From Octopus sinensis (taxonomy: Eukaryota), in NCBI RefSeq assembly GCF_006345805.1, contig NC_043011.1, positions 40,250,464-40,314,463 on the forward strand: 64,000 bases of DNA, written 5' to 3'. Made by a program: the position numbers and the translations under genes. Positions 26,626-39,230 of the stretch are shown here, piece by piece. The notes under the pieces are model-generated. The model worked only from the letters and a program-made list of their open reading frames with translations. It ran no database searches and was not told where the DNA came from. Numbering within the stretch: the stretch's first letter is position 1; each line of letters begins with the position of its first letter.

Positions 26626-28755
26626 TAGATATATATATAATATGAAAATATATTTTCCAATCCTCTCCTACCCTCACGGTTTTGTGGGAAGTTAATATTG
26701 TCTAGTTGAATGAATCTTATCGATCAGTTTATGGCTAAGTGAACAGAAATAATTGTCTCTTTATGCTTATCGGAATTTAGAGCTTATGGATTGGTGAATA
26801 ATAGAATACAAAATAAAATGTTTGTTTCCTTCACACAGCTTCATAGATGCTCTGTTGTGTTTTCTGTGATTAGTGAGAAACTTATAACCTTTATACTAGG
26901 TGTTACTTACTCCGACCAGTTCTCAAGCTCCTCAGTCTTTGTTTACCATTATTTATTTACTTGTTTATTTTATTAATAATCGGATGAAGAAAATTTGTAT
27001 AAGTCATTGTTATTTTGGTTGAGATTTTTTTTTTTAAAGCATAGTTCACTAAATATAAATTCATACAACCAAACATTTTAAATCATAAATTCTAAGATTT
27101 CTGGTGATGAGGTTTTTGCAGCGATAGATTTGTTTTGTTTGTTGGTTTTTCTTTCAAGACAAACTTCTTTTCTCCAGCTCTTTGGTTGGTTTTCTGGCAA
27201 TGCCACTGTGAAGAAGTTTTGATATATACCAAAAGAAAAACGGAAAAAATGTTGGTGTTCACATTGCTTAAGTAGTTTCATCAGGATGGTTTGGAAATGG
27301 ATATGGAGTACACCACCACCACTGCTAATACCCCTACTGTATCTAATACTTCTACAGGTGAAAGTGGTTTCACAAGGATGAGAAAAATCTTGAAAAGTAT
27401 AACAATTCATTGATGAAAAAATATTGCTAACTTGTAAATTGATCACTTGAGTATAAATGTGATTGCTAAAAATGATGCTTTGGGCAACACAGCCATGTAT
27501 TTGAAGGTCCTTTTGGCGAAATTGCATTGATTTTTATAGATTGTCTTGTCCTGCACCGACTTCAAGTCAGAGCAGGGGAGAAAAAAAAATGGGATTTATT
27601 GTTCAGACTTCAAGATGCGCTTGTGAGCATTGTTTTAATAATTGAAGAAAAGACGAACAAACCAGACCTGAAAAATGTATTTCTTTGACTGAGACCACAT
27701 GAATTGTTATTGTCTTGAATCTTAGAAGATGCGAGGAAATTTGACAATAAAACAAACTCGTAAAATGAAATTTAAAAAAAAAGAGGGAAAACCCAAAAAG
27801 AAATAATAAATTTGCTTTATTTCATGTTTTCTTCTTTCATCTCTTTCTTTCTACTTTTTCCAGATCATTTTATGAAAGGAATACTTTGTGAAATAACATC
27901 CAAATATCCGGATTTTGATATCCGCAAATTTTCCAGAAGTATGCATCTATTTTTTTGGTGGTAGACATTCTTGTATATTCCATTTGTTTGTTTTTTTTTT
28001 TTTTCCTTTTTTTTCTGTTTCATGTATTTGTTCGAGTTTTGTAGACCTGGTCTGTACTGGAATGACATTATCATTATTATTATTATTATTATTATTTTTG
28101 TTTGTTAAATGAGTGAATGCAATAAGCAAGCAAGAAAGAGTGCATGTGCGTGTGTGAGAGAGGAAGAGAGAGAAGGAGGAGGAGGAGAGCGCGAGAAAAT
28201 GTGATAGTCAAAACTTTTCTCCGAAGTCTCTCTGAGATTTGTCTCCTTCCTTCCATATTTGCCTCCCTTTGTCAATGCACTGATCACCATCCCCTTCCCC
28301 CCATCCTCTGGCTGTCATTTTCATTTTTTTTCCTGCTTGCTTTCATTTTTCTTTTAATTTTTTTTTACAATAATATACTCCCTCCTCCACTTCATCATTT
28401 GTTGTTGCTCAGTGGTGAACACTACTACAACTGCTGTATTGCTAAAAATCCATAAGAATTGCCTTGTTCTGTCTGCTTGGATGTTTTTTTTATCTTTTTT
28501 TTTTCATTTTTTTTTTTTATTGTTGTCTTTCAGATTTGGTCATTATTTTATCCCTTCACTTGTCACCTTACTATGAATTCTTCATATTGTTGGTTTCCCT
28601 CTCTCCTTCTCCATTTTCGTAAGAGTTATAGAGTTATTGGTCATTTTTTTTCCGGTTGATGTTCTCTTTGCCTTTATTCAAATTCTTTATCCTTTTAGCT
28701 ACCAATTTGTATGTGTGCATTTGTATGAGATAGTATGTACATGTGTTTGTGTGTG

Positions 28756-28807
<52 letters not shown>

Positions 28808-29186
28808 TGCACATATATGCGTGTGCTCATATCTGTAAATCGATTCAGTTTTGAAATATTCAGGTGTTGGAATTTCAGCTGTCAGTCTTGTATTTTGATA
28901 TCAGAGATAAACTAAAGAGGAGGAGGTGTTTCATGGTCATCAGTTATCGAATAGCTGTTATTGATTTATTTTAATTTTATTTTTCCATTTTATTTCTGTG
29001 GCAGTGAGAGTGCCAAGTAATTAGTTACTTGGTATAATTAATTAGAATGATCTTGTACTGGCTAATTAATTATTTAGTGAAGATTATTGATGTTTCGCCT
29101 TGATTATGTAGAAGCCATAACAATATAGATACACAGTTAGCTGTTCCTCCCACCTTTTGCTATATATATATATATATATATATATG

Positions 29187-29371
29187 TAGGTCCCGGGTTG
29201 ATCCGGGGTTAACCACAGTAAGTAAGGTACTCAATACATAGCAGAGTAAAATTAATTTATTATATAGAAGGAGCTCTACAGGACTAGTACTGTTTCATTC
29301 AAGAGAAATCTTCAAGATTTCTCTTGAATGAAACAGTACTAGTCCTGTAGAAGCTCCTTCTATATAATAAA
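29187..29371. mobile_element. Fold-back insertion with a ~57-bp near-perfect hairpin, flanked by (TA)n
   Basis: Arms 29256-29312 and 29314-29371 differ by a single 1-nt indel, with a 1-nt loop. The left arm continues ~70 bp further out. Confidence 0.75.
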
Positions 29372-29810
29372 AAATATATATATATATATATATATACACT
29401 GCTAGTCTGTGTATGTGTGCACACCATATGAGTTCATGCAGGAAGGATTGTATGTGTATATCTTTCCTTACCTTCATTCACACCCTGCTAAAGTTATCTC
29501 CTCGGGCAGCAGCATTGTACCTACTCAGATCATCATCATCCAGTGTTTAAAATTCGGGTTTTATTCCTGTTAACAGTGGTGGCCAGATCTACGTCAATGC
29601 CTTAGTAACCTCTTTGCTATCATGAGGCTTTCTTGCAGCTGGATTTTCTATGGAGAGCATGCCCTTGCTTCCCCCCTACCTCAGTTTCTAGTCATGAGTG
29701 GTCCTGAGACTAAGGCCTCTGCCATGATTTTTTTTAAGGAATGTAGTGGAAAACTAGCTCAGGAAAACAGGGACGCTACTCCCTGAAACCCCTTTCAGAG
29801 CCCACCCCTC

Positions 29811-29854
<44 letters not shown>

Positions 29855-30989
29855 TTACACTTACGGACACCTACCCATATATATAAAGAGTAATCCTTTT
29901 GTTGGCCATGAGTGTAAGAGACTTTAAAAAAATTAGGTTATCATTGGGAATCTCGGTCTGTAGCTAGAATTAGTTTTATGTAATTTCTCTCATTATTTCT
30001 TATCAAAATTTTCGTTTTATTTTTTATCAATACTTTTTACTACAACAGTTCTTTTATAGTATGTCTCTCCATCTCCTCCCCTTTGCTCTGTTTTCGGCTG
30101 TTGATTTCCTTGTGTGATGGGTACTTCTGATGATAGTTTTTAGTTATCATTGATACACTTTCAACATGAAAGGAATTCCCACTGAATGCAGAATGTTGAA
30201 ACACTGGAATGGATGTCTTGATGTGTGAACCACAATGTTTGTATTGAAAGACTATACAGTTCATTGAGGAGCCTTGTTAAAGATGTTTGTAGCAGTTCTT
30301 GACTTCCAGAAACTATTAGTCTGTCTGTCTGTTGTATTTCGTGATTTTTCTATTCTTTGGATTTTCAATGAAAGTTAATCAAAGTCATCCTTTTGGCATT
30401 GTAAATTTCTTTTTGTATGTGTAATTGTAGCTCTTTTGCCAGCATTTTGTCATATGTATAAGTTCAAAATTTGGTTGAGATTAAGGTGAAATTTAACTTA
30501 GACTATCATGGTTGGAAATTTCCTTTTTCATTCTTTCTCTCTTTTTCTTCTCAGGAATCTGTGTCATAATTTTGGATTTAATTGAAAAGCCTGGTGTTTT
30601 TCCATATTAGGGTGATTCTGCAAGGTTTAATTTTTCTGGGTTTTTTTTTTTACATTTAGGGTTATACAAATCATAAGTACAGTTACATAACACAGCATAA
30701 TGATATCTCCTCCATGTCCATTACTCCATGTCCCATTTCCTTCATTAAAGGATTTCTTTGTACTTGTTTTATCGCCCATGTGGCACAGTTTTATTTTTTA
30801 TTTAGGTCATAAGTGTGCTCACTTTAGGAAATCATTTAGAGTAAATTACATATTTGAATTCTGTTGTAGTTCATTTGATTTTTTTTTGACAGTGTAAGGA
30901 TGGAGAGAATGGAAAAGGAAAAAAAATAATATTCAAGCCACTTCATAAGAATTACATTTAAGAATTGGTTGAGGATGTCGTTGGAATAG

Positions 30990-31335
30990 AAGTGTTTTAT
31001 CTATATGTGGGTGTACGTGTAGATGTGTGTATACATGTATGTGAATATGCATGTGTGTGTATATGTGTATATACATGTGTGTATATATGTGTGTCTATAT
31101 ATTGTCTATATACGTGTGTCTACATATTGTATAATTGTGTATATACATATTGTGTGTATATGTGTGTGTTTAAATATTGTTTATTTACACGTGTACATAT
31201 TGTGTATTAGTGTGTGTGTGTGTATATGTTGTGCATATATGTCTTTGTATGTAAACTTGTTTGTGTGTGTATATGTGTTTGTGTACATAAACATGTTTAT
31301 ATCTAAGATTGTGTGTGGTGTGTTAATAACTGTAT
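30990..31335. repeat. Degenerate (TA)/(TG) low-complexity tract
   Basis: Alternating purine-pyrimidine sequence. The ORFs called here are artefacts. Confidence 0.9.
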
Positions 31336-32529
31336 GCAGATATGTTTATGGTGGGTGCAAAGTTTCAACTTATCTCAGCTCAAACCCTTGCAGCACTTTT
31401 TGGTGTTTGTAACCCCTTACTGCCCCTCATTTATAAATCTTTCATGTAGAAGTCAACACATCTGTAACACAATTGTAACTTTAAATTGCATTGAAGTCCA
31501 TGCTTACTTTAATAATTGAAATAGTTTTCTGTTTTCACTGAAGACCATGTGAGACTGCACACCATATCCAGGAATATGGAGGTATCAGTTGTACCTGACA
31601 TGTTCATTCATAGAAATTAAGGATCACATATGTGTTATCACACATGGTTCACAGGAATATTTATATGAATTTTAATACCCCAGAATTATGATAGAACAAG
31701 GAATATACAACTTTTATCATTGGCTAGTCCCAATTTGATGCAAGATAATCATAATGCCAAATTCATTGACAAAAGAACTAAAGATACTTGCTGGATATAA
31801 TATTGACCGTCCTTCAGCATGTGTAACTTTTCAGACCATCTCTTACTTCAAAGTCGCTTAAGAAACTAAGTTCAGTAATTTCTTTTCTTCACTTTGGTGA
31901 TGGCTTTAAAAATCCAATGGTTAAGGCTGCAAAATAAGATTCCAGAATTCTTGCATTTTGCCCACCTGTAAAATGCAGCATTTTTATTAGTCTGTAACCA
32001 GCTGGTAGTGTGTGTGGATGCCTATGATAATTTGTACTATTAGTTACAATTAAGATAAAATGTTTTGAGAAACTTTTTTTTTTTTACACGAAATACAGTT
32101 TTCTTCTCACTCTTGTATAATTGTTCCATGGTACGCTCATTTCATGTGATTCCACTGAATCCAGCAATTCTAAGGCTCAGACTAGTTTTAGAACTGCAAA
32201 TCTAATTTGTTCTCTGCTCTTGATACAAGTTCATAATTCCAGTTGACAAAATAGCTTCTGTCTAAATTATTTGTGAGATAATCTAAACTGTTTGTGAGAT
32301 AAAAATGAAGTATAGTTTCTCAGTGACAGCTTTATGTCCCCATGGCCCACAATCTTTCACTAGAGCACGTCTTTAAGCATCTTATCTTCATTGAGGTATT
32401 CTCATAAACTACTTTACTATTGTCCATGGTGGATCTCTCTCTCTGCCTGGGAAAACTAGCATTATCTAATTCACTGTTACTCCAGGCTGAATGCTTTGCT
32501 ATTACCTACAAGATACTAAATGTTCATAT

Positions 32530-32762
32530 ACTTATGTAAGCCTTTTGGAGCATAGGCCATTGATGCGTTCGTAGCGTTTTTAAAAAAAATTCATTTTCTG
32601 GGTAGTAGTATGGCTATGCAAACGCACTTTTACCTCTCGGTAGAGGCAGTCCATATTAGTTTGGAATGTCCAGCATGGGAAGCCCTACAGGATCTTGCAC
32701 TATTTTGGCATATGTCTTAGAGTCATTGGGGCACACTAGCTTCCACACTACAACGAGGACCA
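32530..32762 (-). mobile_element. Second bipartite RTE derivative
   Basis: Reverse strand cctcgttgtagtgtggaagctagtgtgccccaatgactctaagacatatg...gtagggcttcccatgc, then aatggcctatgctccaaaaggcttacataag. Same layout as 12470-12800. Confidence 0.55.
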
Positions 32763-33329
32763 GACTTTGTGGTTGATGTATTCATCTGATATCAGACACA
32801 AATAATTATTGAGGTTCTTGCCCCATATTGTTATTCATCTGAACACATTTGATAGAATGGAGTATGTGTACACAGCTCTTCTGTGTATATGTTCTAATGT
32901 TTTATTGTAACTGTTGTATTATTAGTGTGTGTGTATGTATGTATGTATGTATATATATATATATATATGTATATAGATATATACACACACATACACTGTT
33001 GTGTATCAACTACTGTATGTCGTCTCATCTGATGTATATCTTAACTGTTGTTGTTGTGGTTGTTGTTACAACTTTGCAATGTACCTTTGTTGTATAGTGA
33101 CAACAATCTGAACTGCATAGGTATGGCATATTCAAATGATAGGCATTTTTTTTCCCCCTTTTAGTTCTTCTTTCTGGCTCTATTACAGACTTTGTGATTG
33201 ACAGCTTCCTCATCATTTCACTTTCGTATCTTGCCTATCAATTGGTTTATTGACTTAATGATTTTTTTGTAAGGTCTCAAACAAATTCTTTTCAGCAGCA
33301 TTTTTATTCACCACCCTTCTTTATATATA

Positions 33330-33625
33330 TGTATATGTATCACAGTATTGACCAGACTAATGGATGTTATACCTCACTGGTCACAATGTGTTTTGCATTG
33401 TTTTAGTTTCTGAATGATGCCACCTCGCTGGGTAGGCAAATAGGCCAACATTTCCCTTCATCTGAAGGATATTTCATTGCAGGACTATGTTTACACTTGA
33501 GTGCTCTGGAGTAACATGAAGTGTTGTGCTCAAGAACACAATGCACCCCCTAGTCTGGGAATCGAACCCATAATCTGTAGATCATAAGTACAACACCCTA
33601 ACCACCAGGCCACATGCCTTCACCA
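33330..33625 (-). mobile_element. tRNA-derived SINE, family C
   Basis: Reverse strand: A box TGGCCTGGTGG, B box GGTTCGATTCCC, then gcattgtgttcttgagcacaacac. Confidence 0.7.
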
Positions 33626-33687
33626 CATCTATAAAACCTTGATATATAAAAATATCGAGAATTGTTTTACAGGTTGGAATCTGGTTT

Positions 33688-34140
33688 TTCTTATATTTTA
33701 CCCCAGTGTCACTTTGATGGCACATGCCATCAAAGTGACACTGGGGTAAAATATAAGAAGCCCATTACACCCATCATGACTACCTGATAAGGGTACACCA
33801 AGTACATGCATCACAACCATATGTGTGTGACATGGTGATCTCTTATCAAGATAAACAGTTCATAATCTTGCAGCTAGAATTTTCTTCAGGTCAAGTAGCC
33901 CATCTTGCTCAAAAGATCCCTGAATAAGGGTTGTTTAAGGATGTGGAATGAAACCTCCACATTTCCAGAGATGATTTATTCAGACCCCAAGGAATTCCTC
34001 TCAACACATGGCTATGATGTTCCACCCCTACTTGTGATCAGAGATGCACATATCACCAGCTACTAAGGGATTTGCTTAACTGGTTAGGGTCAAGCAACTG
34101 ACAAACAAATCTGTGGTATTGAGCAGAATATTTGCTGTTT
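33688..34140. mobile_element. Unclassified interspersed element whose left end is a perfect 35-bp hairpin
   Basis: Arms 33688-33722 and 33725-33759 are exact reverse complements. The right arm continues into ~380 bp of non-simple sequence. Confidence 0.6.
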
Positions 34141-35194
34141 AATGATGATGATGATATGATTTATTAGGGCACTAGATAGATTGCCTCACTATTCATTCTG
34201 GGTCAAATCCTGCCATGGTCAGCTTTGCTTTTCATCCTTTCAGAGATGACAAACATTACTGATTCAGGTGGTGGATTGGCCTAAATGGAAATATTAGAGG
34301 GTGAGGCAAGATTCTTTTGTGATATCTGTTCAAGCTCTCTGCATTCTGACTGCAACACCTGCACCAAAACCAGTGCCAAGCTGTATTGCCCCAAGTTGGC
34401 AGCCGTTCACTTGGATAAATATCAACAGCATGGAGAGTGGAGAGCATACAGACTCCTGGTCCATTTTGCAATATTAGTTGTTTCTCATTATATTGGGTTC
34501 TGATTTTGATAAGGTTGTCTTTGTTTTGATCCTCAATAAAAGAAAAGAAAACAATTACCCATCAAATCTTGGGCTCGTTTTAGTTAACAACACACCTTCC
34601 TTTCTCTAACCCACTTGAAACTCCCTCCACCGTCCCAGTTCAGTGATACAAATTTCCTGTTTGAAGTGGTTTCAATTGAAATCTTTGATCAAAATTCATC
34701 AGCACTAAATTTGTAATTTTCAAAAAGAATTGAAACAAAAGTGGTGTATTTCAGTAGAAACTTAGTAACAAAAAGGGTTAAAATGTGTGTCCATGTGAGT
34801 ATATAAGTCAAGGAAGAAAAAAAAAACTGTAACGTGAAAATTGTTTCTTAAAATTCCTGTGCAGAACAGGGGAAAATCATCTTCAATTATCAGCACTTCA
34901 TGTGAAGTGTTTGCTTATCATTTTGAGATCAGAATTTGCATAAGTTTATTATTTTCAAATCACAATGGGGGAGTATGGGTGAGGCTTAAATCATTGTCTT
35001 CTACTTTCATCTACTTGCCATTTTTGTGTATTTAAGAAAATAAATTCATTCTTCTCATGAACATGTTGGGTGGTGCATAAGAGGAGTGGTTATTTAGTTT
35101 TGAGGTGTTCACTGTTTTGTTGTTGGGATAAGTGGTAGGTGGTTAGCTTCTATCTCAAAGTAATTTCAGCAAAGTAAATATTAAATGCTTGAAG

Positions 35195-36425
35195 TATATG
35201 GAATGGAGAATGTTTGTATGCTGATGATCTTGACCTCATAGCAGATTCCATATCAGAGCTAGAAGAGAAATTCCAGGTGTGGAAGCAAAACCTGGAATTT
35301 AAGGGTTTTAGGGTTAACTTAGCAAGGACTGAAGTCCTACTAAGCAAGAAAACCAACAGGACTTTAACCCCTTTCAGGTAGGCGGCCCTATTTGATTTGT
35401 AGGAAAGGTGTATGCAGGAACTCCATGTGGTGTACCCAGTGTAAGCTATGGACACACAAGACATGGAGTGGATTAATAGGAAGATTATCAGAGAAGGTAA
35501 TTGTTCATATGTCGAAGATGCACAGGATACATAAAAATTATAGAGACTCGGGGAATTGATTCTCTCAACTGCCCTGATGGCACATTAGATGTAGTAGTAA
35601 TTTCTGCTACCTAAGGGACCAAATTAGTATTTTGCATGGAGAGTGTGATAGCTAGAATAAAAATAGGATGGAGGAAATTTAGAGAGCTGTTACCTCTGTT
35701 GGCTACGAAAGGTTTCTCTCTCCAAGTGAAAGGAAGATTGTATGATGCATGTATACAGACAGCAATTCTACATGGTGGGCCCTGAATGCAGAGGATATGC
35801 AAAGTTTAGAAAGAAGGCTAGTATGCTCCACTGGAAGTGTAATGTAAGCGTACATGTTCAACAGTGCTGGTACTTTGAGAGAGGGAAGTTAGGCATAAGA
35901 AGAAACTGTAACTGTGTGCAAGAGAAGATTGCAGTGGTGAGGTCATGTGATGTGGATGGATGCTCCATAAAGAAGTGCCAGTCTCTCAAAGTAGATGAAA
36001 CACATAGAAGTAAGAGACCCAGGAAAACAGAACGAAGTGATGAAGAATGCTGGATACTGAACCTCGCAGGCGAGATGACAAAGGACTGAGATGCCTGGCA
36101 CTTTGCTGTATTCAAGAAGATCTGTAATCCACAGCAGAAGTGTTAAGACCGGTCCTCCTGGTTGGGGCATTGACCTGCAAGAGTCCTGGGCTGGTGCCAC
36201 ATTAAAAGCACTTGTGACAGTATCTTATGAAAGCGCCCATGTAGCGCTACATAAAAGCACCCAGCACACTTTGTAAAGTGGTTGGCAAAAGGAAGGTCAT
36301 TCAGCTGTAGAAACCATGCCAAATCAGACTGGAGTCTGGTGCAGCTGCCCAGCTTGCTTGCTTTTGTCAAACTGTCCAACTCATGCCAGCATGGACAACA
36401 GATGTTAAATGATTATGATAATGAA
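35195..36425 (+). mobile_element. Decayed RTE LINE copy (RT C-terminal half to 3' tail)
   Basis: Collinear with 50995-54387: tatgctgatgat (YADD), gagaaattccaggtgtggaag, aagctatggacacacaag, aagattgtatgatgcatgt, agacccaggaaaac, and a tail ending gatgttaaatgattatga. Many frameshifts. Confidence 0.85.
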
Positions 36426-37350
36426 ATGAAGAAGGGAAAATGTACTCAATACATAGCTTGCACATTTTATTAGATTTTGAAGCTTTATAAATAATTGTTC
36501 TGAGTTTCACCTTGCCTACAATTCAAACATTTGAAGAAAGAGAAACAGTGTGATAATATATAAGCAAAATTATACATAAGCACATCTCTATGATTGACAA
36601 CCAACTTAATCTAAACCAAGACTCAACTGGTTGCCAAAATACTAACAAAATTCTTCAAACATTTATCTATTTAATTGCTCTGCTCATCATGTATTCATCT
36701 GTTCATGTTTTTTCATTTGAAAATGTGCAGGGACACACACATATTATAGTTAAATATACATTGGATGGTATAAAGGAGGTTAAACAGTAAAGAAAAAGAA
36801 AATCCATGTAGTGGGGTTCTTCCATTTATTCGAAGCTCAGATTTACTTCCTTGCAACTGTCGAGTTTTCCTGTCTGTAACAGCTTGGTAGGTATGATAGC
36901 AGCCTGGTAAACTCAGAGTGGTAACCAAATGAAGTATCAGCTTCAGATAAATTCATTAGTGCATAAGATTAAGCTTGGTTCAAGATATCAAGGAAATAGG
37001 AGCATTTGGTGCTACATGACTTCTGTTTTGTTGTTACTTTATTGTTACACTTTTATCTTTGCTGATCTGCTCTCTCTATAGCTTTAATCAAGAACTAATT
37101 AGACAGAAATATGCGTGAACAGTTATGACACACATTGCATAACATTGAAAGTACTTTTTTAATATATTCTTTTAGGTCATTGATTTTTGGAGGTTATTTT
37201 CTATAGTTTGGCCCAGTTGTCTAGTCAAAGAATGTTTACTTTTAAAGTGGAGTATATTATTTCCATCAGAATATGACTCGTCATTAAAGCAGATTGTGTG
37301 TGTATACACACACACATATTTGTATTATTATTATGATATATATATATATA

Positions 37351-37456
37351 ACACTGCCAGATCAGACTGGAGCCTGGGGCAGCCCCTGGCTCCCCAGACC
37401 CCGGTCGAACCGTCCAACCCGTGCTAGCGCGGAAAACGGACGTTAAACGATGATGA
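37351..37456 (+). mobile_element. Very short (~105 bp) RTE 3'-end insertion with TSD
   Basis: Matches 54277-54387. Flanked by ATGATATATATATATATA at 37333-37350 and 37453-37470. Confidence 0.88.
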
Positions 37457-37504
37457 TATATATATATATATATAATGTGTGTGTATCATAAGTGCAGTAT
37501 AACT

Positions 37505-37790
37505 GTATAGTTATGAAGTTTGCTTCACAACCACAATAATCTGGTTTTAATCCTACTTCATGTCGTTTTCTATACCCATGGGTTGAGCCATGGGAAAGTG
37601 GATATATGGAAATTGTATGGGAGCCTGTCGGATGAATTGTTTCTGTATGTAATTCAAATGGACAGCTTTGTCACACGCTGTGTTGTGCTCATTTTGTCTG
37701 AGAATTACTTTATGGGTGAGCATGCCTGTGGAATGCTCAGTCACTATGCACTTCTTCGGTGAGCAGGTAATTCAGTTGATATAACAATTG
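37505..37790 (+). mobile_element. Decayed family A SINE head with a third tail type
   Basis: Head remnants (cttcacaaccaca, ggagcctgtcg) followed by gtaattcaaatggacagctttgtcacacgctgtg...ggaatgctcagtcact, unrelated to tails 1 and 2. Confidence 0.5.
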
Positions 37791-38957
37791 AATATATACC
37801 CTTGAAATTGATAGGCAGGTACACCCCATATAATGGAAATTATATAACTGAACTCAGCTACATTGAAATTTCTAGATTTTGCTAGACTGCACTTTATTTC
37901 TTGTTTCTGATGGGCCAGTCTCAATTTTACTTTCAATAAAGGCTAAATAGACATTGGTACATTGGTTGTCGTATCTTGATAGGGTCATTTTGCCAATAAG
38001 AAACACATACACTGTTTCTAGTTCACTTTTTTATACTTTTATTAGTTAGCTAGTTAACCAGTTTGTTTGATTAATCATTTGCTCAATTACCTGGTCCATT
38101 CTCAACCTCCTCAAGGACATGCCTGCATTACTCTAAACTTGTGTGTGTTTCGTATTGGCAAAATAACCTGCCTAAGATACACGGTTTTGACCCTTGATTT
38201 TGTATCAAGAATCTTCCAAAACAAATAGAAAAATGAAATATATATTAATAAATATACTTTCTTATATAGAACATACATTCACACCCATAAAAAATTATGT
38301 AAAATTTATATACTAATGCAAATCAAATTGTTAATGGCATGTTAGTTTTTTTTTATGTTATTATGTTAATTTTTTTTGATAATGTTCTGTTTTGATCTAG
38401 GCTCTCTCTATGTGTATGGTTGTTGTGTTGCATTTTCCATGAAACTTTACATGTGATGTATGTATATATATATATATATACATATATATGACATATGTAT
38501 GTCTATTTATTTACTAATATATCTCTAATGCCCTCCTAATGACTAGTGAAAGAATCTGCTAGTATTATATTTTGTCTCAACTCTTGCTTCTGTATTCCAT
38601 GTTTCAGCCAGTAGCTTACCTCCCCTCTCAGAGGCTAGATTAAACCCACTAATGATTGATATAGCTGTAGTATAACCCGAGAAAACATAAAAAAAAGAAA
38701 AGAAACTAAATGTCTCTAGACTAAACTAGCAGCATGTTGTTTCATTCAGTTATCAACTGTTTTGTTACATTGTTTTATTTATTAATTGTATGTTTCTTTC
38801 TTTTTTTTTTGAAAAATTTTGTCTTTTTTTTTAATGAATATTTATGATTATTGTGGTTACTTATGACTATGTTGTACCAAAGTATTAGTTTATTAAACTC
38901 TTATGTATTTCATCCTCCTCCTCATCATCATCATTATTATTATTACTGTTATTATTG

Positions 38958-39230
38958 TGGCAACCGGCTGACAGAGTTGTTGTCGTACTGGGCAAAATGT
39001 TTAGCAGCATTTCTTCCGGCTCTTTACATTTCTGACTTGAATGCCAAGGTTGAATTTGTCTTTCAGCCTTTCAGGATCAACATATATCAGTTGGACACTG
39101 GGGTCATTTGTCTTTCATCCTTTGCAATCAATAAAGTAGGTACCATTTGAACATTGGGATCAAAGTAATCAACCTGCCTCATCTTTAAAATTGCTAGCCG
39201 TGTGCCAGAATTTGAAACCTTGTTATTTTG
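38958..39230 (+). mobile_element. Family B SINE
   Basis: ggcaaaatgtttagcagcatttc, tttcagcctttcagg, and the aaaattgctagccgtgtgccagaatttgaaacc tail. Confidence 0.7.

Noticed and set aside
27078-27527. 149-aa minus-strand ORF
   Set aside because: Non-ATG start, no recognisable domain and no supporting splice signals.
30555-30611. Strong acceptor (ctttttcttctcAG) as a possible coding exon
   Set aside because: Phase-1 reading meets TAG before a usable donor, and there is no homology.
31023-31412. Cys/Val/Tyr-rich ORFs, also at 22573-22988 and 57004-57374
   Set aside because: Translations of (TG)/(TA)/(CA) microsatellites.
31540-32000. Possible Tc1 remnant (LMQDN-like)
   Set aside because: A single short motif with no collinear support.
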